Shown: piece by piece, positions 14,450 through 26,521 of the stretch
Position numbering within the stretch: position 1 is the first letter of the stretch
Layout: each line of letters begins with the position of its first letter
From: Psilocybe cubensis
Lineage: Eukaryota
Direction of reading: 5' to 3'
Length of the DNA: 64,000 nucleotides
Assembly (NCBI GenBank): GCA_017499595.2
Contig: CM039001.1
Coordinates: 558,001-622,000 of the forward strand
Translations under genes and position numbers: made by a program
Notes under the pieces: generated by a model
What the model was told of the DNA's origin: nothing
Seen by the model: the letters and a program-made list of their open reading frames with translations, nothing else
Databases searched by the model: none

Positions 14450-16316
14450 TCAAAAGTTAACGTTCGTGGCAGTCCTCAGCCATGAGTATAGTTCGTGCTG
14501 CGGCTGTGTCCATTTCGCGGCCTCTTCCGCGGAAACAGCCCCTAGAAACCCATATCTTTTCCCCACTAGACAAAGTCTAGAGAAAGCGTTCAAATCCGAA
14601 AGCAAATCTTTGGAACCCTCGAGCTTCATGATGCAGTCAAGAATCAAGCCATGCCGCGAGTGTATCTCGATGTCCTGTGAGTCAAATTACTGAGCAAAGG
14701 TGCGCAGGCGATAAGGCAATGACTTGCCATTTTTCCCCACGGAAATTCCCTTTGTAAAGTGTGAGTGAATTGAGGGGTTTGTCCAAACATCCAGTCCCAT
14801 GTCTAAAAGAAGTGAAGTCATATCCGGAAAGAGTGGGTGACAATGTAAAGAGTTCGGTACTTACTGACAATTCAGCCATGCCTTTTTGGATATATTCTAT
14901 ATTTTTGATATCTTCCGAATCATGTACAATGCAGGACTATTTCCAGGACCCCAAAGAATATACGTGTAAGGAAACCTGAGCCTTTGTTAGATTTGAGCGG
15001 GAAATACCTTGCTAGTCACCTTAAACTCCTTCCGAAACTGCTCCACGATCGCAGAGCTAAGGCTTTCGTGTGATACATTGGGATCATGCGCCTGCAGATT
15101 ACAAACTGGGGATCGAACAGATCCGACGCCCTTTGTGACAATACTTCCCTGAAAGTTCCGGGAAATTGGTAAGAAATGGGGACATGGGATAGAAACATGC
15201 ATGAATCATACACGCCGGGGCAGTACACCCTTTAGGCAGTATGGCCTTTCGATGCGGATCACAAAGGCATACTTTGGCGGCGCACCAAGGAGGTCTTTGG
15301 CCTAATTTCCACGCACAACTATAGAGAAGGAAGAATGAATGACCCACCGATTCGAGTTGTGGGCGCAAAACGTCACCCAACGTGCCCAATTTGGTCGATA
15401 TCAACATCGTGCCGTGATGATATGCACGGTTATTGACAATTTTATAGGCTGAACCTGAAACGTGAATGAGAAATAATTAAGTACATTATGACTCCTGACA
15501 TGTTTTTGGATGGAATGGCAAAGGAGGTTAGTGCATGGTGACTCATCTTCTCAGTTCCGATACATAGGTCGTTCCGGTCGTTAAGACGAGCATCGATTCC
15601 GAGAGATCTTACAGCACCTAGTACAAGTCTACCTGTAGCATGTCGATCGAAGGACGTTCTAGGAAGATGTATTGAGAAATTTGTATTTCCTAAGTCCTGT
15701 GGTGTAAACATCGGTCCCTTTCTCAGGAAAATATTTCAAGAGTGAGGTATAACTCACATGGTAGACGGTTCCCCCTCCACTTCTCCTCCGTATGAAGGGA
15801 ATTCCGGCGGAACGAAGGGCAGAAAAATTAACTTCTGTCCATGGATTTTGGTTTCTACCGATGACAACGCACGGGGAGTCACGGTAGATTAACAGGAGAG
15901 GTTCTTCTGGACGAGCGTGTCGAAAAAGCCTACATGATGCGAGGAGAAAAAAGAAGACAGGTCAGCAGAAGATCACACCAAGATAAGAAACTACAATAGA
16001 TGATCTACTGGGAAATCCAAAAAGGAGATAGACATAAAACAAAAATAGGCCATTGTTCATGCAGCAAATTTAATACAGAAAGTGGGCAGTTTCAGCAGAC
16101 ATACCAATCTTCCAAAGTCAGATTGAAGAAGGGGTCTGAGGAAGTAGATAGGTAAATGTCGTGGTGCTGGCTTAGTGCCGGTGGAGGGCTAGAATCTTTC
16201 GACGCCGCGCTTTGTGTGGACAAACTGCGGACGCTCTGTTTGATTGTGGAGCAGCGTTTAATGTGAAAGAATTCCTTCGTACATAGACGCGTTGAGTGAC
16301 GCATTGTGTGCCACAT
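14450..16316 (-). CDS. AIM22: Mitochondrial lipoate-protein ligase A (BPL/LplA family), multi-exon
   Basis: IYLSTSSDPFFNLTLEDW, VIGRNQNPW, RRRSGGGTVYH, DLGNTNFSIH, NDRNDL, AYHHGTMLIST, GVGSVRSPVCNL; basic presequence-like N-terminus; 3' end approximate. Confidence 0.88.
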
Positions 16317-16705
16317 AGTACAACGTGCCAGAAAGCAACAATATACCGACAGCTTGGCGGTAGAGCCTGAGCCTGCAACTCAGTTGGAATGTCTGAGAAA
16401 GGGGACAAATGGAGCAAGAATTAGACGCTGAGAAGTCCGCTGGAGTTTCCCTGAGTGTTGAAACTTGAAGTTTGAAGCTTGACCTACAGACGCTGGTGGT
16501 TGTCCTCAAGATGCTTTAGCGGATACTCAGGGCCGCCGTCGCGAGCCGACGAACTGGAGCACTGTAGGGTTAAGGTTCAAATTCAAACCTTTCATTCGCA
16601 AAATAACCTTTCTACTTTTCTGGACCCTGACGCCCAACAATTTTGCATCACTTTCCTATCAGTTCGCATATTCTCCAGTGTGAATCGCTTCTTGTTGAGT
16701 CGCTT

Positions 16706-17482
16706 ATGGCTTCTCGACAGGTTTTGCGTGGCTTCAGGGACTTCAACTCCCATGCCACTGGTAGGGCATGGTACAGTTTCGCTTCTTCGACGTCGTCGCG
16801 TCTCTCCAGACCGAAGTGCACACGATTATCTGCGACACCTTTGCCTATGACAGGTTGGCATAGCCTTACCTTTGGTACAAGAGGGCTTCACTCCACGCGA
16901 GCTGTACGAGACAGCTCATTCACCAATCTACTAGCGGACGACGGTAATCCACCCCCAGTGCAGGTCTCATCCATTTCGGATGCGGGGATTCAGCTGGCAG
17001 ATGGGCTTATTCTACCAGGCGCTTGTATGTTTCTTGAAGGCAAGGTCTTCCTTTGGGACGTGCCAAACACAGACTTGAAGTCAAAAATTACGGCGGAAAG
17101 ATGGAACGGGTGGAATGGGGAATTGTTCCAGATACTGGAAGTGGTGACCCCAAAGCCTGGTAAGCAATCAAAACGTTACAAGGGGTGTTCTTGGTCTTAT
17201 AATTACACATTTCTCTTTAGAAATGCTTTTGTTGGGTACTGGGAAGACACTAGTGCCTCCTCCAGCATTCTTGCGGTCATATCTCAGTGGTTTAGGAATT
17301 CAGCTAGAGATCATGGACACGGTATTACCCACGTCGCCTAAGCCCGACTTCATTTTCTGATCTCTTCTCCACAGAGAAACGCTTGTTCTACATATAACCT
17401 GCTGTCTGAAGAAGGACGACGCGTCGCTGCTGCTTTGTTACCGTTCAAACCTTATACCTGGCCCAAAACAACCCAGCCATGA
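16706..17482 (+). CDS. NDUFAF3: NDUFAF3/Mth938-domain complex I assembly factor
   Basis: PKPE-MLLLGTG, LGIQLEIMDT|RNACSTYNLLSEEGRRVAAALLP (Mth938/DUF498 signature); presequence-like N-terminus. Confidence 0.88.
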
Positions 17483-17662
17483 ACGCCATTCGTGTACGAA
17501 TAAAGTCTTGGTTATATGTCCCCTCAATCTGGGCTCTTGCAACATATCTGGCCTGATGGCCCCAAGTACTCGGCTGTCAACCTGGCAATCTATGCTAGTC
17601 GTGTTTGTACATTATATACACAGGACAAGTCGCCAAAGTGCTGACAATCTAATCTTTCCGGA

Positions 17663-18387
17663 TCATGCTGTTTGGGGTGCGCTTTTGGATGGATCTTCGT
17701 CTTCCACCTCTTGTGCTTTTCGTTTGCCTTTGTTGCTACTGCTACCCGTAGTCTCGGATGCTCGACTTGGGTTTTCCTCAGTGTCATCTATTACTGGCGG
17801 AAGTGTATACGTGATCGGAAGAAGATCGCCTGTAGATTTCATGCGCCCGTTTGTTTTTGGTTTGTGTTTCGAAGAGTAAATAAAGATGATGTGATGATGG
17901 TACAAGAGCAAAGTAGATTTTATATTGAGAACAAACGAAACAAAAATGGAATGGATAATGGTAGGGAATGGATAGCGAATGTAGCTGCTTACCGGTTTCT
18001 TTGTCCCGAGCCTGCAAAAATATCGCTTCCCATCCTAAGAGGCCTGAGTCACGCAGCGTCTTTGTGGGCACCAGGAGGTCGTATTCGCCTGTCGGCCTCC
18101 CTCTTTCTCTCTTTGCGCGGCATAGCTCAAAGTCGTCCACAGTATCAATATTTAATTGCGGTGGGTCCATGGCAAATGGATCCAGCGCATCGTCAGCCAC
18201 GTCGGATTTGAGCGCTGAGAGCGTGTCGGCCTTGATTTCTGCCACCGTTGTTGTAGGTGGAAGGCTCGAAAGCATGATGCTAAGCTTATGGGTTTTCACC
18301 AACAAGTGGTGAGCCTTGACTATCCTGGGTGGCTACACAGCGTAATTGAGTCAATATATGTCATATATCAAGAATAAAACGTACCAT
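17663..18387 (-). CDS. Hypothetical protein (3 exons)
   Basis: ATG|intron|PPRIVKAHHLLVKTHKLSIMLSSLPPTTTVAEIK...IFLQARDKETG|DLLPITYTLPP; canonical introns, frames consistent. Confidence 0.7.
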
Positions 18388-18629
18388 GGTTGTATCGTGA
18401 GGGACGTCTTCGCCGCTTTATATTAGACTCGTGGAGTGGACGCGAGTAATATTGATTGTTCAAGAGGATACAAACTCCGCTAATAATTCCCACCCGCATC
18501 GCTTTCCCGACCAGTACCGTCGCTCCGTCACTGTCATTTGTAAATAGTTCTCTCTGAGGGAGACAACCGACTGCCACTGGCCACTGGACATCTTGTAACA
18601 CACCTTCTTATTTATCCAGACCGGGAAAT

Positions 18630-19348
18630 ATGAGTCAAGTGCACCAGCAAGGAGGGGTATACCCACCTAAGGAGTATGTTGAATCTGCACCCATGCCCGC
18701 CAACATTCCCCACGTCGACGAGGTCGGAGCAACGAGTGGCCCGCTGAAGAGTGCATCCTTCTTTATTGGAGCGTATTGCAAGGAGTATAACGGTTCGTAC
18801 GCGTATTCGGCGTGGGCGCTTGGTTACGGGTGGTTGATTTGATGCGGTTGTTCTTTGGTCTACAGAGGATTTCATGCTTTGCAAAAATGAGAATCGGGAC
18901 CCTGCTCACTGCTTGAAGGAGGGAAGGAAAGTTACGCGATGTGCTATAGATTTGTGCGTGTATTCAGAGTTTACTGTTGGGGCTTCATTGCTGAATGTCA
19001 GTTTGTATACAGGATAACAAAGATGCGCGAGAACTGTGCCCAACAGTTTGATGCACACTGGGAGTGTTTGGAGAAAAGGAACCAAGTACGCGGCTGTATC
19101 TATGCTTCAAAAAGACTCCTCTAATCTTGTTTACGCAGGAGTTCTATCTTTGCCGCAAACAAGAACGAAAGCTCAACTCGTGTATGTTTGAGAAACTTGT
19201 AAGTTGCTAAAGAACCTAAGGCCGTCTGTGTTAAAACATTGTTGATGAAATTCTGCAGGGTCTGACAAAAACCATTCCTGGATCACCAGCAGGCCAGCCC
19301 CAAATTCACGAGGTGCAGAACCCCATATACAAGCCCATTCAGAAATAG
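18630..19348 (+). CDS. NDUFA8: NADH:ubiquinone oxidoreductase alpha subcomplex subunit 8 (CX9C protein)
   Basis: IPHVDEVGATSGPLKSASFFIGAYCKEYN|EDFMLCKNENRDPAHCLKEGRKVTRC...CAQQFDAHWECLE...CRKQE. Confidence 0.95.
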
Positions 19349-20251
19349 AGTGTTTTACGCGCCGAGTACCGATATTCAATACCAGTGCGAGGTCGAAGGG
19401 TGGGAGATCGGCTATGTCAGGGTCCTCCTTACTCCTTATTCCCCATAGATGAAGGTCCTGTACTACACATAGCTGAAAGTGGAAGAAGAAACATTTCTCA
19501 TTTTTCCTTTTGGAACCATTCAGCAAGTTAGATCGGAGGTCGTGAAATGACCTTGCACACTTCCAAGTTCCTGCCCCATTCTCACCAGATATGTGTCTTC
19601 TCAAATCAACATTTTAAACTATCTTGAGTATCAGGTGTGGTGAATGAACATTCGGGTTGAATGACAATGGGCAGAACTTGGGATAACATGGGATATATGA
19701 AGTCGAGATATATATTAGCCCAGTCGCGGCAGCGACTATTAGTATTCCGGAGTTTCGCTCGTGGTTGAATTAAATAAATCAGGGAAGCTCTTGCCAAATA
19801 TTAATAAACTAAGCGGGCCGTTACACGGAAATGTGGTCTTCAAAACTCATTAAAATTTAGAGTCGACTTCTCTCGGAAAACGGACGGTTGACGCACGTGA
19901 GGAGGCGCGGCGTAACAGCCTGTCACCCCCCTCACTGTAAATGTGTCACGCTGACCGTCGTCTTCCATTTTGGGAAGGCGTGATGGTCGATCGTCACCTC
20001 GCTTTACGCATGTTTCGTACTCAACCTATTGCTCCCCGTTGCCTCTATACCTCTTTTATTCGCTTCTCCGTCTATCGTTACCGCTTTTGCTAATTTCTCT
20101 TAATTACAGATGCAACTATGACCTCATTTCCAAAGGCTTTGAATTGCCAGCAGCAGCAACATCAACAAATCCGATCAGGAATCTCTATGGACCTACGCTT
20201 GTGTTGGCTCTCATCTTTGTCTTGACAGTCCTCGCTCTTCTTCCTGGGGCA

Positions 20252-21935
20252 ATGGAAGAACTTCAAAGCATCAATAAGTCATCAATTCTGTTGGAGGTTG
20301 ATGTTGAGAAAGGGCCGCCTCAGTCAGATGCAAGCAGGCTTCCGCTTCCCGCTCAGTCCAAAGGAGGTTCAGGGATCACGGTTTGCTACGTCGATGTGTG
20401 AGTCTTTCTGTTTTTACTTATATATTCCATTTCTAATGTAGTTTTATAGTTTTAATATGAAGAAAGCTGATTTGGTAGACCTGTGTCGCCAATACAAGCT
20501 TCCTGTTTCCGGTACAATCAAGGTTCTTATCGAGAGATTACAGGAGTTTAGTGGTCAGCGAGAACAATGGGACCGGTTAGCCTACTCTCTCTGTGCTTTC
20601 CTTCTAGGTGTTTATTATAGCTAATCTATTCCTACAAGACTCACTACAGGTGTTGCTCGTCGTTCTCATCTTGGGTTTAGCACCCATTCTTCTACAAAAC
20701 CAACAGCCAGCCACAAAAAGTCAGTGCAGCGTCGTGAAAAAATGTTTTTGGAGTCAACAAATACAGAAAATGGCAATCCGAAATCTCTTCCATCTATTCT
20801 ATCAACGGCAGTTCAGCCCTCTCATCAATGGTGTCAAACTCGTCGAGCTGCCGATCTTGATTGGGTACGCATGTTGTATATTTGTTTAGTTGCCCTACAA
20901 CTCATACTAAGCCCTCATTTGATGCTACAGGCACGTTATATTGTCAATTTATACCCATATCGTAGAGAAGAAACTAGGAATAGGTTGGCAGAGCGTGATG
21001 CGGCACAATTTAATCAGAAACGACTGGTAAGTAGTAAACATTCTTATTATTGTTTTATCATTAATTGTATCTATATATCTAGTTCTCAAGCTCAAATGAC
21101 GATGACGTTAAGGCTGGGATTGAGATAGCGAATGGCCATCTCTTAAAAATTGTCAACTGGGTTGAAGCTGGGACTACTTCTCCTCATCCAACTCCATCGC
21201 CCTCTCATCAGCTTCAACCAAGCACATCCCACTTTTCGGTGGCAGCTACTAAGGATTTGCAAAATTCTCAAGGTCATTCAATTTCTGCTTCTACCACAAC
21301 CACTCCTACTCGCACAGTAACTATGGCTAGTGGATCTATTACTTTTTCATCATCCGATGTTCCACCACCACCCGCTGTTTCATTTGCTTCTGATATTCCT
21401 GGATTGAATCGCATGTGGGACGATACAAGCATTTATTGGGATGGATATTCTGTGCTTACAATTAAGGGAACGGCCATTCCTATTGTATACTGGAAGGAGA
21501 TATACACCTCTAAGGGTAGTGTTGAATGGAAGCCGAAGCAGTGGGAGTCACTCAAAGGGAAATTTTTTGATTGGAAGGTAACTGGCTAATGTTCATTCTT
21601 GAATCTTGATGAATATGTTTTGACCGCTTTTTGCTCAGATTCTTGTCCATCAATGGCGACAAGGATCTCCCGAAGATTTCTGGGCTAAATTCACCAAAGA
21701 CGGCAAGATACTGGGCTATCGTCAAATTCTTGATCAACTCGCTGAACAAAGAACTGCTCATGATGCACTTTTTGCACAACAGATTATGCACGAGTATGGT
21801 AATCAATTTTCATCTATTTTTTCTTATGTTAAGAATGGGACAAGACATGTCAAGACAAAACCTTGTCATATTATTAAGCAGTACCGTAGGATGAAGGGTC
21901 TCATTAACGAAGACGACAATGATGAGGATAATTAG
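20252..21935 (+). CDS. SAP-domain protein with Trp-rich C-terminal domain (element gene 1, about 6 exons)
   Basis: Spliced: MKKADLVDLCRQYKLPVSGTIKVLIERLQEF (SAP consensus), ARRSHLG, LNRMWDDTSIYWDG...IPIVYWKEIY...QWESLKGKFFDWK|ILVHQWRQGSPEDFWAKF...DEDN*; start codon uncertain. Confidence 0.8.
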
Positions 21936-21984
21936 TTGATTATGTTTTTGCTCCAATATCTTACATCAATTATATATAATTTTA

Positions 21985-23668
21985 CTATGCACAGTGACAT
22001 GTTCGTCCACACATAAAGCACTTGACTGCAGGTGGTTTATCAGAATTAAAAAAGTCTTCTCGACGCTGTGTTGGGTTATCATTCCAAGATATTAGATATC
22101 TCACAATAGTGAGATTAGAAAATTCAGTACTCCATCCACCCCATTCACAAATAGTGCGAATAGACCAACGTCTTTCTGATGAAAGGTATTGGCAACCACC
22201 ACGACGGAAAGAGTGTGTTCCATATGGTATTGGATCAACGCCAATATCAAGAAGATTGTTTCGGAACAGCTCAAGAAATTGCTCTGATGTCTATTTGAAT
22301 GAGAAATAAGTAGAAGCATTTGTATAAATAGCATACCATGGGTATGTTATCAGCCGATGGCCTATCCCCAGATGCAATCTTTCGAAAAATGTAGCCATCG
22401 GTAATCTCGCTTGCATCAAGCCAATTTGCCATTGCACGAACAGGACAAAGATGAGCCTCATTTTCTGCTAGTAACCGCAGATAAAATGGCTTAATTCCTA
22501 AAGAAATATATATTAGAATAGACTTCAAATAGTTTAAAAAAGTTTTACCGCCATGCTGATGTGTTTTGCGAAATGGTAGTGTAAGAACCAGTCCAGGTGG
22601 ATTCATCTGATAAACAATATGTTCACGTCGGATTTTCAATACCTCATCTGATCGGAGTAGACAGAGAAAAGCAATTGTATAAATTGCCTCAAGAGCGCGT
22701 CGGGCTAATCCTCCTCCCCAATGGTTGCTATCTTGTTCTTTTCTAGACCCTGGAGCATAGGGTTTGATATCATAGTTTTCGGATTTATGATTTTCATCAT
22801 AAAGAGCTTTTAGAGTAGCTGAGGTGATTGCGCGTGCACTTGTTGGTGTTTCACCATTTCGAATCTAAAAAGGAGATATATAGTCAAAACTACAGCCAAT
22901 CAAGCAATTTGAGTGCAACTTGAACATTACCTTCCGAGCACGCAAACTCATCATGTATGTTGCTACGGTGTCGGATACTGATGGATTTCCTATCATTTTA
23001 CCCGTAAGCTCATTTCTTCTCCACCTATCTGAGCCTAAACCAAGTTCACGTCCAAAAAGATATGTCATAGACGCTCTCATCTTTTGGCCATGTACATAGG
23101 AATCACGGACAACATGTGTTGGCTTTAAAGTTCCATCAAGATAAATATCATCGCATCTAGAAAATACGGTAGTTTGAAAAAAATTCCAATAGAGAAAATC
23201 AATAAGCTTACTTGTCCATAATCCATGCCGCAATGAAAAAAGGTGCATCGTCGGGTGGATTGCAACAAGCAAAATCTTCACGTTTTTTAATCATGTTCTT
23301 GCTAATCAGAAACTTGATACATTGCTTGATAAGACTAGAATAAAAACAAAATAAGCGCACTATTTAGAAATGAAGACAGGATAGTATTACCGCTGATAAT
23401 CAGCATCAGTTTTGTCTGTGACTCCTTTAGATGCACCAGTAATTGTATCTCGCCACTTGGAAGCTGTTGGATTGTGGCTATCTAAATCTTCACTAGAAAG
23501 ATCATGAAGTGACAGATTGGGCAGAGTCTCTGTTTCACCGTCGAGATCGTTTTCAACGTCTTCTGGTATAAATGGTTCATTTTCAATAGTAGGAGAAGGA
23601 CTGCCAGATATAATGGAGTTTAGACCGGCATAGATTGAGTTTGAGGGCACCACCATTGAGGAAAGCAT
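21985..23668 (-). CDS. Tyrosine recombinase (DNA breaking-rejoining enzyme; element gene 2, multi-exon)
   Basis: Catalytic set in order: FLCLLRSDEV (R), PFRKTHQ (K), YGTHSFRRGG (HxxR), EWGGW (W), IVRYL (Y); also GNPSVS..YMMSL and HLCPVRA; ends CFMCGRTCHCA*; start approximate. Confidence 0.9.
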
Positions 23669-23883
23669 AGTAGGGATTAGATTTAAGAAATTGTAGCGGA
23701 AAGGAGTACACTGATTAGAATATATACTTTTGTAAAGCTTACTGCGGACAAAACAGATAGGAGTAGTAGACTCATTTGAAACACATTGTAAGAAGGCAAT
23801 TTACAGCAAGGAGGCGATCTAGTGGCATTATGGTGAAGACACGCTCAAACACGTAAAAAAACAAATATAAGCCATACCTAATT

Positions 23884-25484
23884 CTAAATACCCTCCATCA
23901 TATTACTTGGAATCCATGCACGTAGCTTTGGAAGACAATTTTGAATCCAAGAATCGACACTTGATTGATCAAATCGAGGATTTTCTTGAGCCGCTCGAAG
24001 CCTATTAATGCCATCTTGAATAATGTCTTTTGGAAAATCAATCTTGACACGTAATTCCGGAGAGCGCTTGCTAGATTGTCGCTTCCCAACAATTTGGCCA
24101 AAAAACATGTGGCCATAATAATGAAAGCCAATATCCCGAGCTCGAGCAATTTGCATTGCCGACCTAAGTGCAATTCCAGGAAGAATGCTGTTAGACAGGT
24201 GGCGTAACATAACCACAGCATCTGTACCCCATACGAAATGATCTTCGGCAAATAGCATCATGGCTGGAAGAGATAGTTGACGAGAAAAAAGAACTGGAAT
24301 GAGATCATCGGATACAACAGGATGGAGATAATAGCTTAGTATATCGGAAGAGGGAAAGTCTGCCGGAAGATTGTGGGCCAAAGATGGGCAGCGGCGAGGT
24401 AAATGAAATGAAGAATTGCTATGAGCTTCACTTATTAGCTGGCTTCGCCATTCATGTAGGAATTGTTGCTGTGCTTCTTGACTGTAGTTGTTTTCCTTAA
24501 GGCCACACGCTAGTGATCGACCAAAACCAGCTTTTGCAAGTCCAAGTGCTGTTTCAATGCCACAGCCTTTGACTCCACCCTTAATAAAAAAAAGTTATAA
24601 TACAATTAATAGAAAGAATAAATTGGAAAATTACAGGATTGTAGTCGCCACCAACCAATAGTGCAATAAGAACCATATCCTCGCTATTCATCTGAAGAGC
24701 TTGAAGAATATCAGATGATCGATATACAACCACCTGTTCATCATCGGACACATCTTCATCGCTATTAAAATGCCATATTAAAATTTAGATTGAGTTGAGC
24801 TAAAAGTGTACTTACATTCGCAAGACAGTTGTGGTACCAAATACAATACTATCAGAGTCTTCTGTAAGAACGGCATCGAGATAGTCCTCCTTTGTAAGTC
24901 TGGCAAGCTCCGCTTCAGCTTCACCAGGTGCCTATTCCCATAATATGTATGAGCCGCCCAAGCCTTAGGCTACTGCAATAACCAATAAAGAACATACCTC
25001 ACACCAAATAAAACCGTAAGCATCTAACAGCGATTTGAAATCAGCTTCAATCCAGTGGCGATTTCCCCTTATGTTCTTTTTGCGCTTTATACTTGGTTTG
25101 TTGGGGCCATCAAAGACAAAGATGGGCAGAATAGGAAGCGAGTATAGGCGGCTACAGCGAGCATTTAGAGTAGCAAGCTCCATATTCTTTGTAGCACCGT
25201 GTCGGTAGCATGCACGGTAAATCCACCCCCTATTGTCAATAACACCGAATCAATTTATGTTTTTGAAAAAGAAATCAACAATATATACATACATTGCATC
25301 AACACCAAGCCTATATCCTCGGGTTCCTTGACGGTTTGACATAAATCCATCCTCAACAGCCAGACGTTGAAACGAGGCTCGTGTTGCTACAGGGTCTAGT
25401 AGCTACATAAATCCAATCTGTCAGCAGCTACGTGCAAGAGTCATAGAAAGTCATACGCACCTTCCACAGGCCTTTAACGCCCAT
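23884..25484 (-). CDS. XPG/Rad2-family PIN nuclease, GEN1/Yen1-like (element gene 3, multi-exon)
   Basis: MGVKGLWK|LL, LGVDA, IFVFDGPNKPSIKR, APGEAEAELA, DAVLTEDSDSIVFG, IALLVGGDYNP|GGVKGCGIETA, FPSSDILSYYLHPVVS, RAWIP; 3' end may include a further exon. Confidence 0.88.
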
Positions 25485-26410
25485 CGTATGGAGGCTAAAC
25501 GAAAGCTAGATCAATAGCGGACAAAAGATAGATATAAGATAAACCCACCCGAAATGTTTTGCAAATGTCTAAGCATCAATGTCTGTGAACAGAAACGCAT
25601 ACAGACCACGATAATGAGCCAAACTATTACAAAAGGGGTATTATTTGAGCAAAGATTGTGATCTACACAAAAAACTCAAGAGTTCTAGCTGTAATTTAAA
25701 ATAAATCATATTAATTTTGTAAAAGCGGAGTAGTAGAACAAATGCACGGCAATAAACACCTCATGCTAGCCATACAGAAGCGCCTCGGCCCAGGGATGAT
25801 CCTTAGTTTCTTCTGTACGGCTAGCATGTGGTGCCTAGCAGACACGGCAATATAATAGAATAATATTTTTCAGTACTTGAAAAGCACAACCATAGGCCTG
25901 TGTACGTGTCTGCATGCATGCGAAGAAAGGATTTGAGGTGGCGGCAGTGATGCAAGGAAAGATGATGGATGGTGTGAATGTGTATCTATAGCTTATACTC
26001 AGTAATACGAATAAAATCAAGAATCAAAGAAGAGGGCACTGGCAGCCTAGTGTATGCCCAGGCATGAGTATTCCTGGGCTGCCATTGTGCGACGAAAAGG
26101 ATGGGGGTATTCCATAATAAAGTATCAGAACACACCTAGATTCCAATTCTATCCTCTACGTAGCACCCTAAATCAAACAATCTAGCTTGCGCTGCAGGGC
26201 AATTTGCATGACTAAACGGCTCCGTTGAGCGACAACACTGCAAAAAAAATGCTAAGATACTTACCGGAGTGAGCCTCTTGACCAACCTACGAGACAGACG
26301 TATCTCATAAATTATAGCACCACACAGCTGATGGAGGGAGATGTGCATGGATGGGACGCAAGGAGGAGGTGCATGAACGGGAGAGAGCAGGAATCATCGA
26401 TTCAACCAAC

Positions 26411-26521
26411 ACGCGTGCCAGCACTACACGTGATTGGACGTGCTGATTGTAATTCACGCGACTCCTGTAAATTCACGCGACTCCTGTAAGATTCACGCGA
26501 CTCCCTGGTTAAAACACGCGT
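26411..26521. promoter_or_regulatory. Cluster of ACGCG cores: three ATTCACGCGACTCC direct repeats flanked by two ACGCGT (copy 2 at 33958-34068)
   Basis: Repeats at 26452, 26471, 26491; ACGCGT at 26411 and 26516; CACGTG and ATTGG nearby; function is inferred. Confidence 0.5.

Noticed and set aside
23669..23883. In-frame spliced fusion of the nuclease and recombinase genes
   Set aside because: The splice combination I tried ran into a stop codon before the YR frame; needs cDNA
26448..26504. CRISPR-like array
   Set aside because: Only three 14-bp repeats with 5-6-nt near-identical spacers, eukaryotic context, no cas genes
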